Positions 50,733 to 60,653 of a stretch of 64,000 bases of DNA are shown here, in pieces. Made by a program: the position numbers and the translations under genes. The stretch spans positions 1,824,001 to 1,888,000 of the forward strand of contig CAXXOA010000002.1 of assembly GCA_963666275.2 (NCBI GenBank), written 5' to 3'. The notes beneath the pieces were generated by a model. That model ran no database searches. It saw nothing but the letters and a program-made list of their open reading frames with translations, and was not told where the DNA came from. The DNA is from Oceanispirochaeta sp. (GTDB lineage Bacteria; Spirochaetota; Spirochaetia; DSM-2461). Every line of letters starts with the position of its first letter. Within the stretch, counting starts at the first letter, position 1.

Positions 50733-51493
50733 AATTTCCCTCCCGTCTTGTCTGGACCGCAGGAGCGCTGCTTCTCTGGTGGGGGATCTCCCTTTCCGGC
50801 CTGTTCCATCCCCTGGTACTCCCTTCTCCCGGGGAGGTTTTCAAACAGACCGGAAGGGATCTCCTGTCGGGAGAACTCCCTTCGAGTCTTTTCTTTTCAG
50901 TTAAAATGATCCTGCTGGCTTTTGTGCCGGCATTGATACTCTCTTTTCTGATGGCACTGCTGGCCAGGCAGTCGGAAAGAGCCGACCGGTTCTGGGAGTT
51001 CCTGTCCGCTCTGGCGCATCCCCTTCCCGGTATTGCCCTTCTGCCCCTGCTGATCCTCTGGACCGGTCTGGGAAGCCATATCATTGTCCTTATTGTTTTC
51101 CATTCCGTGGTCTGGCCTTTTTATATCAATATCCGCAGCGGTTTCAGGGAGGTTTCCACTCTCTGGATGGATCTGGGCCGGAACAATCAGCTCAGCCGTA
51201 GAGACACTCTGCTCTATATTCTGATCCCCGGAGCCTATCCCTCTATCCTGGCAGGGTTGAAAATCAGCTGGGCCCGTGCCTGGCGGGCGGTGATCGCCGC
51301 GGAAATGCTCTTCGGGACCATCGGCAGCACCGGCGGCCTGGGGTGGTATATCTACAATAAAAGGATCTTTATGGACACACCGGGACTCTACAGCGGTATC
51401 CTTATACTTATGGTTCTCGGTATCCTTGTGGAGGATTTGCTTTTCCTCCGGCTGGAAAAGAGGAAAAACAGAATATGGGGAGCCCTGAAATGA
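50729..51493 (+). CDS. NitT/TauT ABC permease
   Basis: LPSPGEV, PLPGIALLPLLILW, AWRAVIAAEM, GGLGW. Confidence 0.92.
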   Translation: MKFPSRLVWTAGALLLWWGISLSGLFHPLVLPSPGEVFKQTGRDLLSGELPSSLFFSVKMILLAFVPALILSFLMALLARQSERADRFWEFLSALAHPLPGIALLPLLILWTGLGSHIIVLIVFHSVVWPFYINIRSGFREVSTLWMDLGRNNQLSRRDTLLYILIPGAYPSILAGLKISWARAWRAVIAAEMLFGTIGSTGGLGWYIYNKRIFMDTPGLYSGILILMVLGILVEDLLFLRLEKRKNRIWGALK

Positions 51494-52248
51494 ATCTGCT
51501 GCAGGCGGAGAATCTGGGTTTTGCCTATCCTCTGGCAGACGGGGGGGAACTGAGCCTTTTTTCGGGTTTGGATCTTGGTGTACCCAAAGGAGAAATCCTC
51601 TGCCTTCTCGGGCCTTCGGGCTGTGGAAAAACAACCCTGCTGAAGCTCCTGGCCGGTTTTATCCTCCCCCGGGAGGGACAGGTCCTCTATGAAGGAAAGC
51701 CTGTTTCAGGGCCTTTTCAGAAGGGGCAGATGATCTTTCAGGATCCCCATCAGCTCCTTCCCTGGCTGACCGTCTCTCAGAACGTGGAATTTCCCCGCTT
51801 CCGTTCCTTCAGAAAAAAATCTCCCCCCGGGGATTCTGAATCCCTGCTGAAGAAGACCGGGCTGGAGAGGTTCGGCGATTTCCATCCTTCCCAGCTGTCG
51901 GGGGGGATGAAACAGCGCTGCGCCCTTGCTAGGGCCCTCTATGCCGATCCGGACATCCTGTTTATGGATGAACCTTTCGGCTCACTGGATGCACCCTCCC
52001 GGCAGGAGCTTCAGAATCTGCTCCTCCAGCTCTGGGAAGAGAGGGGATTCACAATACTTTTTGTTACCCATGATATTGCGGAGGCTCTGCTCCTTTCGGA
52101 CCGGATTCTCCTGTTTCCCTCTGCCGGAGAAGCTCCCCGGTTTGAGGATAACCCTCTCCCCCGGCCGAGAATCCGCCGGGAGGAACAGTTCCTCCGGGAG
52201 GAGCTGAAGTTTTTCTCCTATCTTTCCGCCCGGGAAAGGACCCTGTAG
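51490..52248 (+). CDS. NitT/TauT ABC ATPase
   Basis: GPSGCGKTT, LLPWLTV, LSGGMKQR, MDEPFGSLD. Confidence 0.95.
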   Translation: MNLLQAENLGFAYPLADGGELSLFSGLDLGVPKGEILCLLGPSGCGKTTLLKLLAGFILPREGQVLYEGKPVSGPFQKGQMIFQDPHQLLPWLTVSQNVEFPRFRSFRKKSPPGDSESLLKKTGLERFGDFHPSQLSGGMKQRCALARALYADPDILFMDEPFGSLDAPSRQELQNLLLQLWEERGFTILFVTHDIAEALLLSDRILLFPSAGEAPRFEDNPLPRPRIRREEQFLREELKFFSYLSARERTL

Positions 52249-53813
52249 ATCTTCACAGACCAGGGCTTCTCATTTCTGTAGGCGGCAATCCTGACCCCGT
52301 AGCCGGGGCTGTCAAAACCGGCTTCCAGACGGCACTCCTTTTCAAGAAAATCCATCATCTGGGGATACCAGAAGGCTGTATTCCCGTAAAGGACATTCCA
52401 GACCGGCCGGGATTGATAGATAAAGGGAATCTCCCCGGGGATCACGATATATTCAATCCCCCTCTCTCCTACATAGCTTTCCAGGGGAGAAGGGGATTCC
52501 GGATTTGTCCATTCCGGCAGTTCCGCCAGGTTTCTCCAGTGATAAAGATTCCCCTGATCCAGATAAAACTCGAGGGACAGACCTCCCAGCACCCGGCTGG
52601 AGGAGGGGAGTGTTTCCTCTATCTTCGCCAGGTAGTCTCTGTAGCTCTCAGAGGAACTGCCGTATTCCTCCTGTATGTTCTTTGCTGTGAAAATCAGAGG
52701 GATCACAGGAAGGAGCAGCATCAGAAGAACCGTCAGCTTCGGCCTGCGCTGTTTCAGGGGCATCAGCGCTGCCAGTGCCGCCATATAGTAGAAAGGGGTG
52801 AGGAATACCAGGGAGGGAGGACTGTATTTTCCCACAGTAAGAATCCCCAGATTGATACCGAGTAATCCTCCCAGTGAAAGGAGAAGCAGCGAAGGGGGCC
52901 GGTTTCCGCTGAAAGAAGTTGACTGCTGTTTTCCTGACGGGAACCAGGCCGCCAGTAGGAGGGGGGGGAGGGTAAGATACTGCCAGCGGATATCCGGCAG
53001 ATAGTAGGTTCCGCTGACCCTGTGAAACATCCTGCTGTGGAAACGGGGCCAACGGAGTACCTTTATATCCGCTGTTTCGGTGACCCCCAGAGGCTGTCCG
53101 TATGCCAGATAGTCGGGAATAAAGTGAGGGTTGAAAAGGAAACTCAGCAGTACAAATATACCGGCTCCTGCCGCACAGACGAGCAGAAACTGGACTCCCT
53201 GCAGGGCTGTGCGTTTTTTTCGGAGAATCAGGATCAGGAGTATCAGTCCCGCCGGCCAGGCTATGATAAACGCATTGGGATGTATGCTGGCCGATACCCC
53301 CAGAAGTCCTCCCGAAGCGGGGATGCCTATCTTATCATTCTCCTGCAGAACCAGCAGAAGAGAAGCCAGTAGTACACAGACCAGAAGGATCTCCTGCCGG
53401 GCAGTGTGGGAGGCGTAGATAAACTGGCTGTCCAGGGATATCCCTATGGCAGCGATCAGGGCAGACCAGGGCGCTTTTGCTGGGGTCAGCAGGGAAAGGA
53501 GTCTGTAGAAAAGGCAGATGGCCAGGACTCCTGCTGTAAGTGACAGAAGGCGGACAGCAAAAAGGGAGTAACCGAGAACTCTGATATAAACCATCTGAAG
53601 GAGATGGAACAGGACTTTTATCCCGTGAGGATGCCTTTCGTACAGATCATAAAAAGATTCAGTTACGTCCAGCCGTCCTTCGGCCATCATTGTCCGGGTC
53701 AGGCCGCTCAGCCAGGGTTCATCGGTATGCATGAAAGGGTAGGAGTCGAGAAACAGGAGATTTCCTGCGAACCAGAGGAGCAGGTAGATGAATAGGGTTA
53801 TCTGAGGAGACAT
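52218..53813 (-). CDS. ArnT/GT39-GT83-like polytopic glycosyltransferase (GT-C)
   Basis: HTDEPW acidic motif after TM1, VRLLSL, SHTARQE, many TMs, periplasmic C-terminus. Confidence 0.85.
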   Translation of the reverse strand: MSPQITLFIYLLLWFAGNLLFLDSYPFMHTDEPWLSGLTRTMMAEGRLDVTESFYDLYERHPHGIKVLFHLLQMVYIRVLGYSLFAVRLLSLTAGVLAICLFYRLLSLLTPAKAPWSALIAAIGISLDSQFIYASHTARQEILLVCVLLASLLLVLQENDKIGIPASGGLLGVSASIHPNAFIIAWPAGLILLILILRKKRTALQGVQFLLVCAAGAGIFVLLSFLFNPHFIPDYLAYGQPLGVTETADIKVLRWPRFHSRMFHRVSGTYYLPDIRWQYLTLPPLLLAAWFPSGKQQSTSFSGNRPPSLLLLSLGGLLGINLGILTVGKYSPPSLVFLTPFYYMAALAALMPLKQRRPKLTVLLMLLLPVIPLIFTAKNIQEEYGSSSESYRDYLAKIEETLPSSSRVLGGLSLEFYLDQGNLYHWRNLAELPEWTNPESPSPLESYVGERGIEYIVIPGEIPFIYQSRPVWNVLYGNTAFWYPQMMDFLEKECRLEAGFDSPGYGVRIAAYRNEKPWSVKIYRVLSRAER

Positions 53814-53825
53814 CCTGTTTCTATT

Positions 53826-54036
53826 CCCTCTCTCCCGGCCCCTCTCCCAGAGGGAGAGAAGGGATTGTTCATGTAAAAACATATTCTTATATTACATTCC
53901 TTTTATTGAAGGTCATAGCTTTATAAATGAAACACCCCTCTCCATGCAGGAGAGGGGTAAAAAAGTTAAAAGTATTTTTTATTCCTTCTCCCTTCAGGGG
54001 GAGACAGGGTTGGTTCCTGAGGGGAGCCGAAGGGGA
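53826..54036. repeat. CCCTCTCC/GGAGAGGG-type palindromes, one a possible terminator
   Basis: 53826-53863, 53934-53958 (10-bp stem), 53983-54036; related to 37556-37634. Confidence 0.55.
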
Positions 54037-54978
54037 TTACATAACAGTTTCAAAACCTTCGTTTGACCAGCCGCTTCCTGCTGTTCCTGCCGTTCCCATA
54101 CCGCTTTTTACAGAAACCGCATCGATTCCCATGAGTCTCATGATTCCTACAGTCTGTCCGGCTGTCTGTCCGGAGTAGCAGTAGACAAATACTGTTTCAT
54201 CCCTGGGAAGATCTGCAAAAGCTTCCTGCATACCTGCTCCGAAGGGGATGTTGATAGCACCCATGATGTGTCCGGCATCAAAATCTTTGGGCTGCCGTAC
54301 GGATACGATGTTCAGTCCTTCTTCGGTATCTACAAGCTCTTTCAGAGCAGAGGAGGCAATGATGTTATTTTTGTAGGCACCGGTAGTTACGGTTGTAAAG
54401 TATTCCTGAACTGCTTCTTTGATTTCAGGCTGGATAACTGTTCCGGAGGCTTCAGGTACAGACGCTGCTGCGGTCTCAACATAGCCTTCGAACCCTTCTG
54501 TTTTTGATATACCCAGGTTCCATCCGTATTTGATGGATGTTACGTCAAATCCAGCCACATTCAGTACTGCCGTAGTCTGTCCGGCGGTCTGGCCGGTATA
54601 GCAGTTTACATAGATTTTTTTATCTGCAGGCAGCCAGTTGACTGCGTCTACCAGAATATCCGAACCCCAGGGAGCATTGACAGCGCCTTTGATATGGCCT
54701 GCGGAATAAACATCGGGCTGGCGGATGTCCAGGACGAAAATGTCATCACCCGCATCAAGCATGGCGAATACATCGCTGGCCGGAGCAATCCGGGAACCGG
54801 GATAATCGGCAAAGTAGGATGCCGCTGCTTCTTCCACAGGATCAACCTGGACAGTTTCGACGGCTTCTACCGCTTTCTCTGCCGGGGCTGCCGCTGCCGC
54901 TTCTTCTTTTTTCTGACAACCCGTCAGTACAGCAAGGGCAAGAAGCATCATCATCAGGACCTGTAAGATTTTTTTCAT
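54037..54978 (-). CDS. Lipoprotein with two Cys-containing rhodanese domains
   Basis: Lipobox LTGC; DIRQPD..GHIKGAVN..NCYTGQTA and SVRQPKD..GHIMGAIN..YCYSGQTA. Confidence 0.9.
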   Translation of the reverse strand: MKKILQVLMMMLLALAVLTGCQKKEEAAAAAPAEKAVEAVETVQVDPVEEAAASYFADYPGSRIAPASDVFAMLDAGDDIFVLDIRQPDVYSAGHIKGAVNAPWGSDILVDAVNWLPADKKIYVNCYTGQTAGQTTAVLNVAGFDVTSIKYGWNLGISKTEGFEGYVETAAASVPEASGTVIQPEIKEAVQEYFTTVTTGAYKNNIIASSALKELVDTEEGLNIVSVRQPKDFDAGHIMGAINIPFGAGMQEAFADLPRDETVFVYCYSGQTAGQTVGIMRLMGIDAVSVKSGMGTAGTAGSGWSNEGFETVM

Positions 54979-55173
54979 TTTTTTTCTCCTTATCGACAAA
55001 TAAAGTGCTCTTTTTTTTGACATGGATAAATCTTTATCCATTTAAATGCCTAAAAAAATCAGTTCTGCTCTGAAAACCGATCTCTTAAAAGAATACACAA
55101 AATATCCAATACCTCTTTCCCGGAAAATCCGGTAAAGGGATTGAGTATTTTTTTAACTAATTTACATGTAAAC

Positions 55174-55201
55174 TTTATACTTGAAATAGATGCTATGTCA
55201 A
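55174..55201 (-). promoter_or_regulatory. sigma70 promoter of rhodanese lipoprotein gene
   Basis: Minus strand TTGACA-16-TATAAA. Confidence 0.55.
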
Positions 55202-55426
55202 CAAAAAACCGCAAAAAATATTATTAAGAAACATCGGTAACTTATATTGGTATATCTATAAAATTATATATTGATTTAAATAATTATACTGGAACAGGTT
55301 GAAATATTCGGTAAAAGATTATCTTTTAAATATTTCCTGATTAAAAGTGTACGTAAGATATCTAATGGAAACCTGGGAACAATTGATCCGGATGATTTTG
55401 CTCCGGTTTACCATGATAAATGAATG

Positions 55427-55459
55427 AACCCGCTGCCTGGAAAAAGACAAGCGGGTTCT
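55427..55459 (-). terminator. Hairpin downstream of 55479 gene
   Basis: GAACCCGCT...AGCGGGTTC stem. Confidence 0.55.
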
Positions 55460-55478
55460 GCGCCAGGGGATTTCCTTC

Positions 55479-56405
55479 TCAGGAATTATCTGATGAAGAT
55501 GTGGTTGTTCTTACCTGAACATCCGGTTTCACAACCCGCATGTCGCCGCTGCTCCATTCCAGCCAGGCACCGTCGTATATTTTAAGATTCCTGTACCCGG
55601 CATTGTAGAGGGCCGCATAGGTATTGGCCGCTCTGACTGAGGTTTTACAGTAGAGAACGATCTCGTCTTCGGGGGTAATTCCCAGTTCTTTGTAGAGGAT
55701 CCGGTTGTGGGAAACCGGGCGGAATGTGTCTCCCTTCTCCTTGTTGAGGAACATATTTTTTTCATAGTTTATGTGGATTGAACCGGGAATATTGCCTGCA
55801 TTGTACTCCTCATCGGATCGGACATCTATGAGCACATAGTTATCCGCAGGATTGTCTATTTTAGCAATAATATCCTCTTTCGTGGCGATCATGGAAGAAT
55901 CCAGGGTTGATGTTTTGTAGCTCTGGGATGCTATAGCCGGGAGTTTGTCAGTGACTGTCATTCCCTCTCTCTCCAGGGCTTTCATCCCTCCTGATATCAG
56001 GAGGATATCCCCTTTGTGGCCCCAGATTTTGAGAGTCCAGTAGAGTCTGGCGGCGTCCATGCTTTTATTGTCGTCGTATATGAGAATATCCGAGGTTTCC
56101 TTCAGGCCCGCATTCCCGGCGGCTCTGGAAACAATAGAGGCGGTTGCCAGCATATTGGCCACTGGTTCGCTGATCATGATCTCGGCCCTTTCGATGTTAA
56201 CAGCCCCCTGGATATGATTCTTTTTGTAGGAACTTGTCTTTTGGGCGTCTACCAGAATATAACCCTCAGCCATTTTTTCAGCGGCTTCATCGGCATCGAT
56301 TATAAGTGTTCCCGACTCTGCATAGTCTATAAAAGTGCAGGCGCTGAAAGCGGCTGTCAGAGTAAATATTATGGCGAATATTGTGTATTTCCGGCGATTC
56401 TTCAT
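55479..56405 (-). CDS. Tandem-domain sulfurtransferase (rhodanese) lipoprotein
   Basis: Lipobox FSAC; inactive N-domain IYDD, AARLYW; active YCKTSVRA; YDGAWLEWS. Confidence 0.9.
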   Translation of the reverse strand: MKNRRKYTIFAIIFTLTAAFSACTFIDYAESGTLIIDADEAAEKMAEGYILVDAQKTSSYKKNHIQGAVNIERAEIMISEPVANMLATASIVSRAAGNAGLKETSDILIYDDNKSMDAARLYWTLKIWGHKGDILLISGGMKALEREGMTVTDKLPAIASQSYKTSTLDSSMIATKEDIIAKIDNPADNYVLIDVRSDEEYNAGNIPGSIHINYEKNMFLNKEKGDTFRPVSHNRILYKELGITPEDEIVLYCKTSVRAANTYAALYNAGYRNLKIYDGAWLEWSSGDMRVVKPDVQVRTTTSSSDNS

Positions 56406-56749
56406 ATTTTACATCCCTTATTGATAACTCGTGATTTACCTATTAACTTGCATAGATAATTCAGTATTGTCAACAAATAAAAGCTTTCTCCATCCGGGAA
56501 TGGAAAAATTAGTGGTTTACTAGTATTTTCTGTCCGGAAATGGAATAAAAAAATAAATGCCATAGCAACAATAAATTAGATGCTATGTAAAGGGTGAAAT
56601 AGTTGCCATAGCAAGAAAATGTCTCTGAATTCCCCGATTCCACTTGATTTTCCCGATTTTCTGTGGGTACAATAAATTGTTATAGATAATTATATATACA
56701 TTTATCATATATACAAAAAAGGGAAACAAAGTTTAATTAGGAGAAAGAT

Positions 56750-58450
56750 ATGTCAAAGAAAATCCTGGTAGTCGGTGGTGTGGCCGGAGGAGCTTCCACA
56801 GCAGCCCGTCTGAGAAGACACAGTGAGGACGATCAGATCATCATGTTCGAAAAGGGACCCCATGTCTCTTTCTCAAACTGCTGTCTGCCCTATCATCTGA
56901 GCGGGCTGATTGAAAAGGCGGATGATCTTGTTCTGATGTGCCCGGAAATGTTTAAAGCCCAGTACAATATTGAAGTAAGGACAGAAAATGAAGTTACTTC
57001 TATCGACAGAGACGCCAAAGAAGTGGTTGTAAAAAATCTGGCTACCGGTGAGGAATACAGAGAATCCTATGACAAACTGGTCCTTTCTCCCGGCGGTAAA
57101 CCCATTGTTCCCCCCATACCGGGAATAGAAAAGGTTAAAACCTATACAATCCGCAATGTGGTGGATATAGACAGACTGGCTAAAGCCATAAAATCCGAGG
57201 ATGTAAAGAATATTTCCGTTATCGGCGGGGGATTCATCGGTATTGAAACTGTGGAGAACCTGAAGGAAGCCGGGTATAACGTGACTCTGGTTGAGGCTAT
57301 GCCCCAGATTCTGAGAATCCTGGATGTGGATATGGTGCAGATCCTTCACAAGGAACTCTACGACCAGGGTGTGAACCTGATCCTGGACGATAAAGTCAGT
57401 GGATTCGAGGAGAATGCTATCCTTCTCGGCTCGGGGAAAAAGGTGGAAACCGATGCTGTGGTTCTGGCTATCGGCGTCTCCCCGGAAACAGATCTTGCTA
57501 AACAGGCCGGTCTGGAAATCGGTAAAACCGGAGCCATGAAGGTGGATCAGAACTTCCGGACCATAGACAAGGATATCTATGCCGTAGGTGACGCCATTGA
57601 AGTCTACAGCTACCTTTTCAATGATTACTTCAAACTTCCCCTGGCAGGTCCCGCCCAGAAACAGGCACGGGGTGTGGCAGACCATATCAACGGCATGTGC
57701 ATCGACAACAGAGGCTATATAGGGACGTCTATCCTGAAGGTGTTCGATTACAATGCGGCCTCCACAGGTCTTACAGGAGGCTTTATAAGAAACTCCAAGC
57801 TGAACATCGACTTTGACTGCGTCCGGATTATCCCCGGTGATAAAGTGGGTCTTATGCCTTCCAGCCGAAGCATGCATTTCAAGCTTGTTTATGAAGTTCC
57901 CACCGGCAGAATCCTGGGGGCCCAGGCGATAGGAAAGGGAAATGTGGACAAACGGATCGATGTAATCGCCACGGTTATCAAGTTCGGCGGAACCATCCGG
58001 GATCTGAAGGATCTGGAACTCTGCTATGCTCCTCCCTTCGGAACAGCCAAAGATGTGGTCAACTTTGCCGGTTATGTCGCAACCAACCTGATGAGAGATG
58101 ACTTTAAACAGGTGCACGCCTACGAAGTCAGGGATCTTGTGGAATCAGGAGCGGCGATTTTTGACGTGAGGGAAGAGAACGAATATGCCCTGTCCCATCT
58201 CAAAGGGGCTGTGAATATTCCCCTGAGTCAGCTCCGGGACCGGGTGGACGAGTTCCCCCGGGACAAAGATATCTATCTCCACTGCCGCAGCGGTCAGAGA
58301 AGCTATAATGCGGTTCTGGCTCTTCAGAATCTGGGATTCAAGAATGTCTGGAATGTTTCCGGCGGTTTTATGGGCGTTTCCTTTCATGAATACTACCACG
58401 ATAAGGTGACAGGACGAGAACCGATTCTGACTGACTACAACTTTGACTGA
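56750..58450 (+). CDS. cdr: CoA-disulfide/persulfide reductase with C-terminal rhodanese (Cdr/Npsr-like)
   Basis: GGVAGGA, SFSNCCLPY, GGGFIG, ELCYAPPF, HCRSGQRS. Confidence 0.9.
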   Translation: MSKKILVVGGVAGGASTAARLRRHSEDDQIIMFEKGPHVSFSNCCLPYHLSGLIEKADDLVLMCPEMFKAQYNIEVRTENEVTSIDRDAKEVVVKNLATGEEYRESYDKLVLSPGGKPIVPPIPGIEKVKTYTIRNVVDIDRLAKAIKSEDVKNISVIGGGFIGIETVENLKEAGYNVTLVEAMPQILRILDVDMVQILHKELYDQGVNLILDDKVSGFEENAILLGSGKKVETDAVVLAIGVSPETDLAKQAGLEIGKTGAMKVDQNFRTIDKDIYAVGDAIEVYSYLFNDYFKLPLAGPAQKQARGVADHINGMCIDNRGYIGTSILKVFDYNAASTGLTGGFIRNSKLNIDFDCVRIIPGDKVGLMPSSRSMHFKLVYEVPTGRILGAQAIGKGNVDKRIDVIATVIKFGGTIRDLKDLELCYAPPFGTAKDVVNFAGYVATNLMRDDFKQVHAYEVRDLVESGAAIFDVREENEYALSHLKGAVNIPLSQLRDRVDEFPRDKDIYLHCRSGQRSYNAVLALQNLGFKNVWNVSGGFMGVSFHEYYHDKVTGREPILTDYNFD

Positions 58451-58461
58451 GGAATGAGGAA

Positions 58462-59739
58462 ATGAATAATAAAGTAGAAAACCTGATCGGATTCGGCGTT
58501 GTCGCCCTTATTCTGATCTTCGGCGAAGCCGTTCTGGGAACCCAGATGCTCTATTTCAGACTTCTGGCGGGAATCGGATTCGGATACGCCCTGACAAGAG
58601 CTTTCATGGGTTTTGCGGGCAGTGTAAACCGGGCCTACAGGACAGGATCCTCCAAACTGATGAGAGTTCTCATGTGGATGTTCCTGGGGACGGCGGCAAT
58701 CTCGGTTGCCATCCTCTACGGAAAGGATCCCACTACCTATAATCTGTGGATCAACCCGATCAACCTGGGCGTTATTCTGGGGGGGCTGTCATTCGGTTTC
58801 GGTATGACCTTCTCCTCCTGCTGTGCTTCGGGAGTGCTCACCGATCTGATCACCGGGCTCCCCAGAGCTTTTACCACTCTGCTGTTTTTCGCCTTTGGTG
58901 TCTTTATAGGATTCCCCGTGCAGAAAACCGCTTCCTGGGTCAATGACTCCTGGATTTCAACCGTGTCTGGCGAACAGCTGGGCGGCGGTGTCTTCCTGCC
59001 CGACCTTTTTATGTGGGACAAAATGAGCGGCTATCTGGGAGCTCTCCTCCTGACTGCTCTCCTGGCTTCGGTTTTCGCCTACTTTTCCAAACGGTTTGAG
59101 GACCGCCAGAAAGCCGACGGCACTTTTACGGGTGTGGGCTCGGAGATTGAACAGGACAGGGAACCCGAAGGAGAGGATCTTCCTTTTAAACTCTTCAGTT
59201 CCAGAACCTATGAAATGCTGTTTGTCCGCCCCTGGAAGATGAGAACCGGAGCGGCTGTGATCGCCATCGTTTTTATCATGCTTCTGGGAATCACCAGAGC
59301 CGGGTGGGGGGCTTCCACCATCTACGGATTCTGGTTCGGAAAACTGCTGATGCTCTTCGGAGTCTCTTCAGAGGCTCTGGCCGGTTTTACCTATTTTCCT
59401 GCGGGATTCTTTGAAACCTCCATTTTTGCCAATCCTGTATCGGTTCAGAATATCGGGATTATCCTGGGCACTCTGATTGCTCTGCTCCTGGCGGGAACCT
59501 TCAGGACAACCTTTTTCTCGGAAATGAAAATCCGTCCCAAAGAACTCCTGTTTTTTGCCATGGGCGGCCTCTTTATGGGCTTTGGAACCAGACTGGCCAA
59601 CGGCTGCAATGTGGGGGCTCTCTATACTCCCATTGCGAATTTCTCGCTTTCGGGATGGGTCTTCCTTGTCTTCCTGATCCTGGGAGGAATCGCCGGAAAC
59701 AGGGTCGCCAAAACCACAAGTAAGTGGTGTGTGAACTGA
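58462..59739 (+). CDS. YeeE/YedE sulfur-compound (thiosulfate) transporter
   Basis: GG..FGFGM..SCCASG and GG.FMGFGTRLANGCNVG repeats. Confidence 0.9.
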   Translation: MNNKVENLIGFGVVALILIFGEAVLGTQMLYFRLLAGIGFGYALTRAFMGFAGSVNRAYRTGSSKLMRVLMWMFLGTAAISVAILYGKDPTTYNLWINPINLGVILGGLSFGFGMTFSSCCASGVLTDLITGLPRAFTTLLFFAFGVFIGFPVQKTASWVNDSWISTVSGEQLGGGVFLPDLFMWDKMSGYLGALLLTALLASVFAYFSKRFEDRQKADGTFTGVGSEIEQDREPEGEDLPFKLFSSRTYEMLFVRPWKMRTGAAVIAIVFIMLLGITRAGWGASTIYGFWFGKLLMLFGVSSEALAGFTYFPAGFFETSIFANPVSVQNIGIILGTLIALLLAGTFRTTFFSEMKIRPKELLFFAMGGLFMGFGTRLANGCNVGALYTPIANFSLSGWVFLVFLILGGIAGNRVAKTTSKWCVN

Positions 59740-59817
59740 GAACCTTCAGAAGAGGACAGCAGAGAAACTTTATCCCAAGCTTTCTGTGTTGTCCTTTTTT
59801 TTATATACTTGTGACTG

Positions 59818-60606
59818 ATGAGTAGATACGCAAAAAGAAAAATCCTGGAACTCTCTATTTCCGCAGCCTGCGTGACAGGTCTCTTTGCTGTGTGGTACAT
59901 CATTGCCCGGATGAAAATATTCCCTGAATATTTTATCCCCGCCCCTTCCAGTGTCTGGGAGGTATTTGTGGATATCGCTGTGAACGGATACAGGGGCGGG
60001 ACGCTCCTGCAGCATCTGGGAGACAGCCTTTTCCGGGTCATCACAGGATTTGTTTTCGCCTGTATCCTGGCGATCCCCCTGGGAATGCTGATGGGATACA
60101 GCTGGAAGGTAAAGGCTTTTTTTGATCCTATTGTCGAATTCTACCGCCCCCTGCCGCCTCTGGCCTACTATACCATCCTTGTTATCTGGCTGGGAATCGG
60201 CAATGAATCGAAAATCACCCTGCTGTTTCTGGCCGCTTTTCCGCCTCTATCGATCAGTGCCATGTCGGCGGTCGCTTCGGTGTCTCAGGAAAAGATTCAT
60301 ACGGCCCGGTCTCTGGGCGCCGGGAAGGGGTATGTCTTTAGGCATGTCATTTTTCCCTCCTGCCTGCCGGAGATTTTCACAGGGATGAGGGTCAGTATCG
60401 GTTTTACCTATACCACTCTTGTTTCCTCCGAGATTGTCGCCGCCACTTCCGGGATCGGATGGATGGTCCTGGATGCGGGAAAGTTCCTGAGAGGAGATGT
60501 TATGTTCATGGGGATCCTTGTCATGGGGATCACCGGAATTCTTCTGGACAGGCTCTTAAGGGCGGCGGAAAAACTGTTTGTTCCCTGGAAAGGGAAGGAG
60601 TGTTAG
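59818..60606 (+). CDS. tauC: Taurine/sulfonate ABC permease
   Basis: EFYRPLPPLAY, IWLGIGNESK, TLVSSEIVAATSGIG. Confidence 0.85.
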   Translation: MSRYAKRKILELSISAACVTGLFAVWYIIARMKIFPEYFIPAPSSVWEVFVDIAVNGYRGGTLLQHLGDSLFRVITGFVFACILAIPLGMLMGYSWKVKAFFDPIVEFYRPLPPLAYYTILVIWLGIGNESKITLLFLAAFPPLSISAMSAVASVSQEKIHTARSLGAGKGYVFRHVIFPSCLPEIFTGMRVSIGFTYTTLVSSEIVAATSGIGWMVLDAGKFLRGDVMFMGILVMGITGILLDRLLRAAEKLFVPWKGKEC

Positions 60607-60653
60607 CCCGGTTCCTGTAATGCCGGGATTTATATTTTAAAAGGAGTTTTAAC

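Noticed and set aside
56876..56890. SFSNCCLPY double Cys in Cdr as a novel active site
   Set aside because: Single substitution relative to SFANCGLPY, probably a common variant; cannot be supported without alignment
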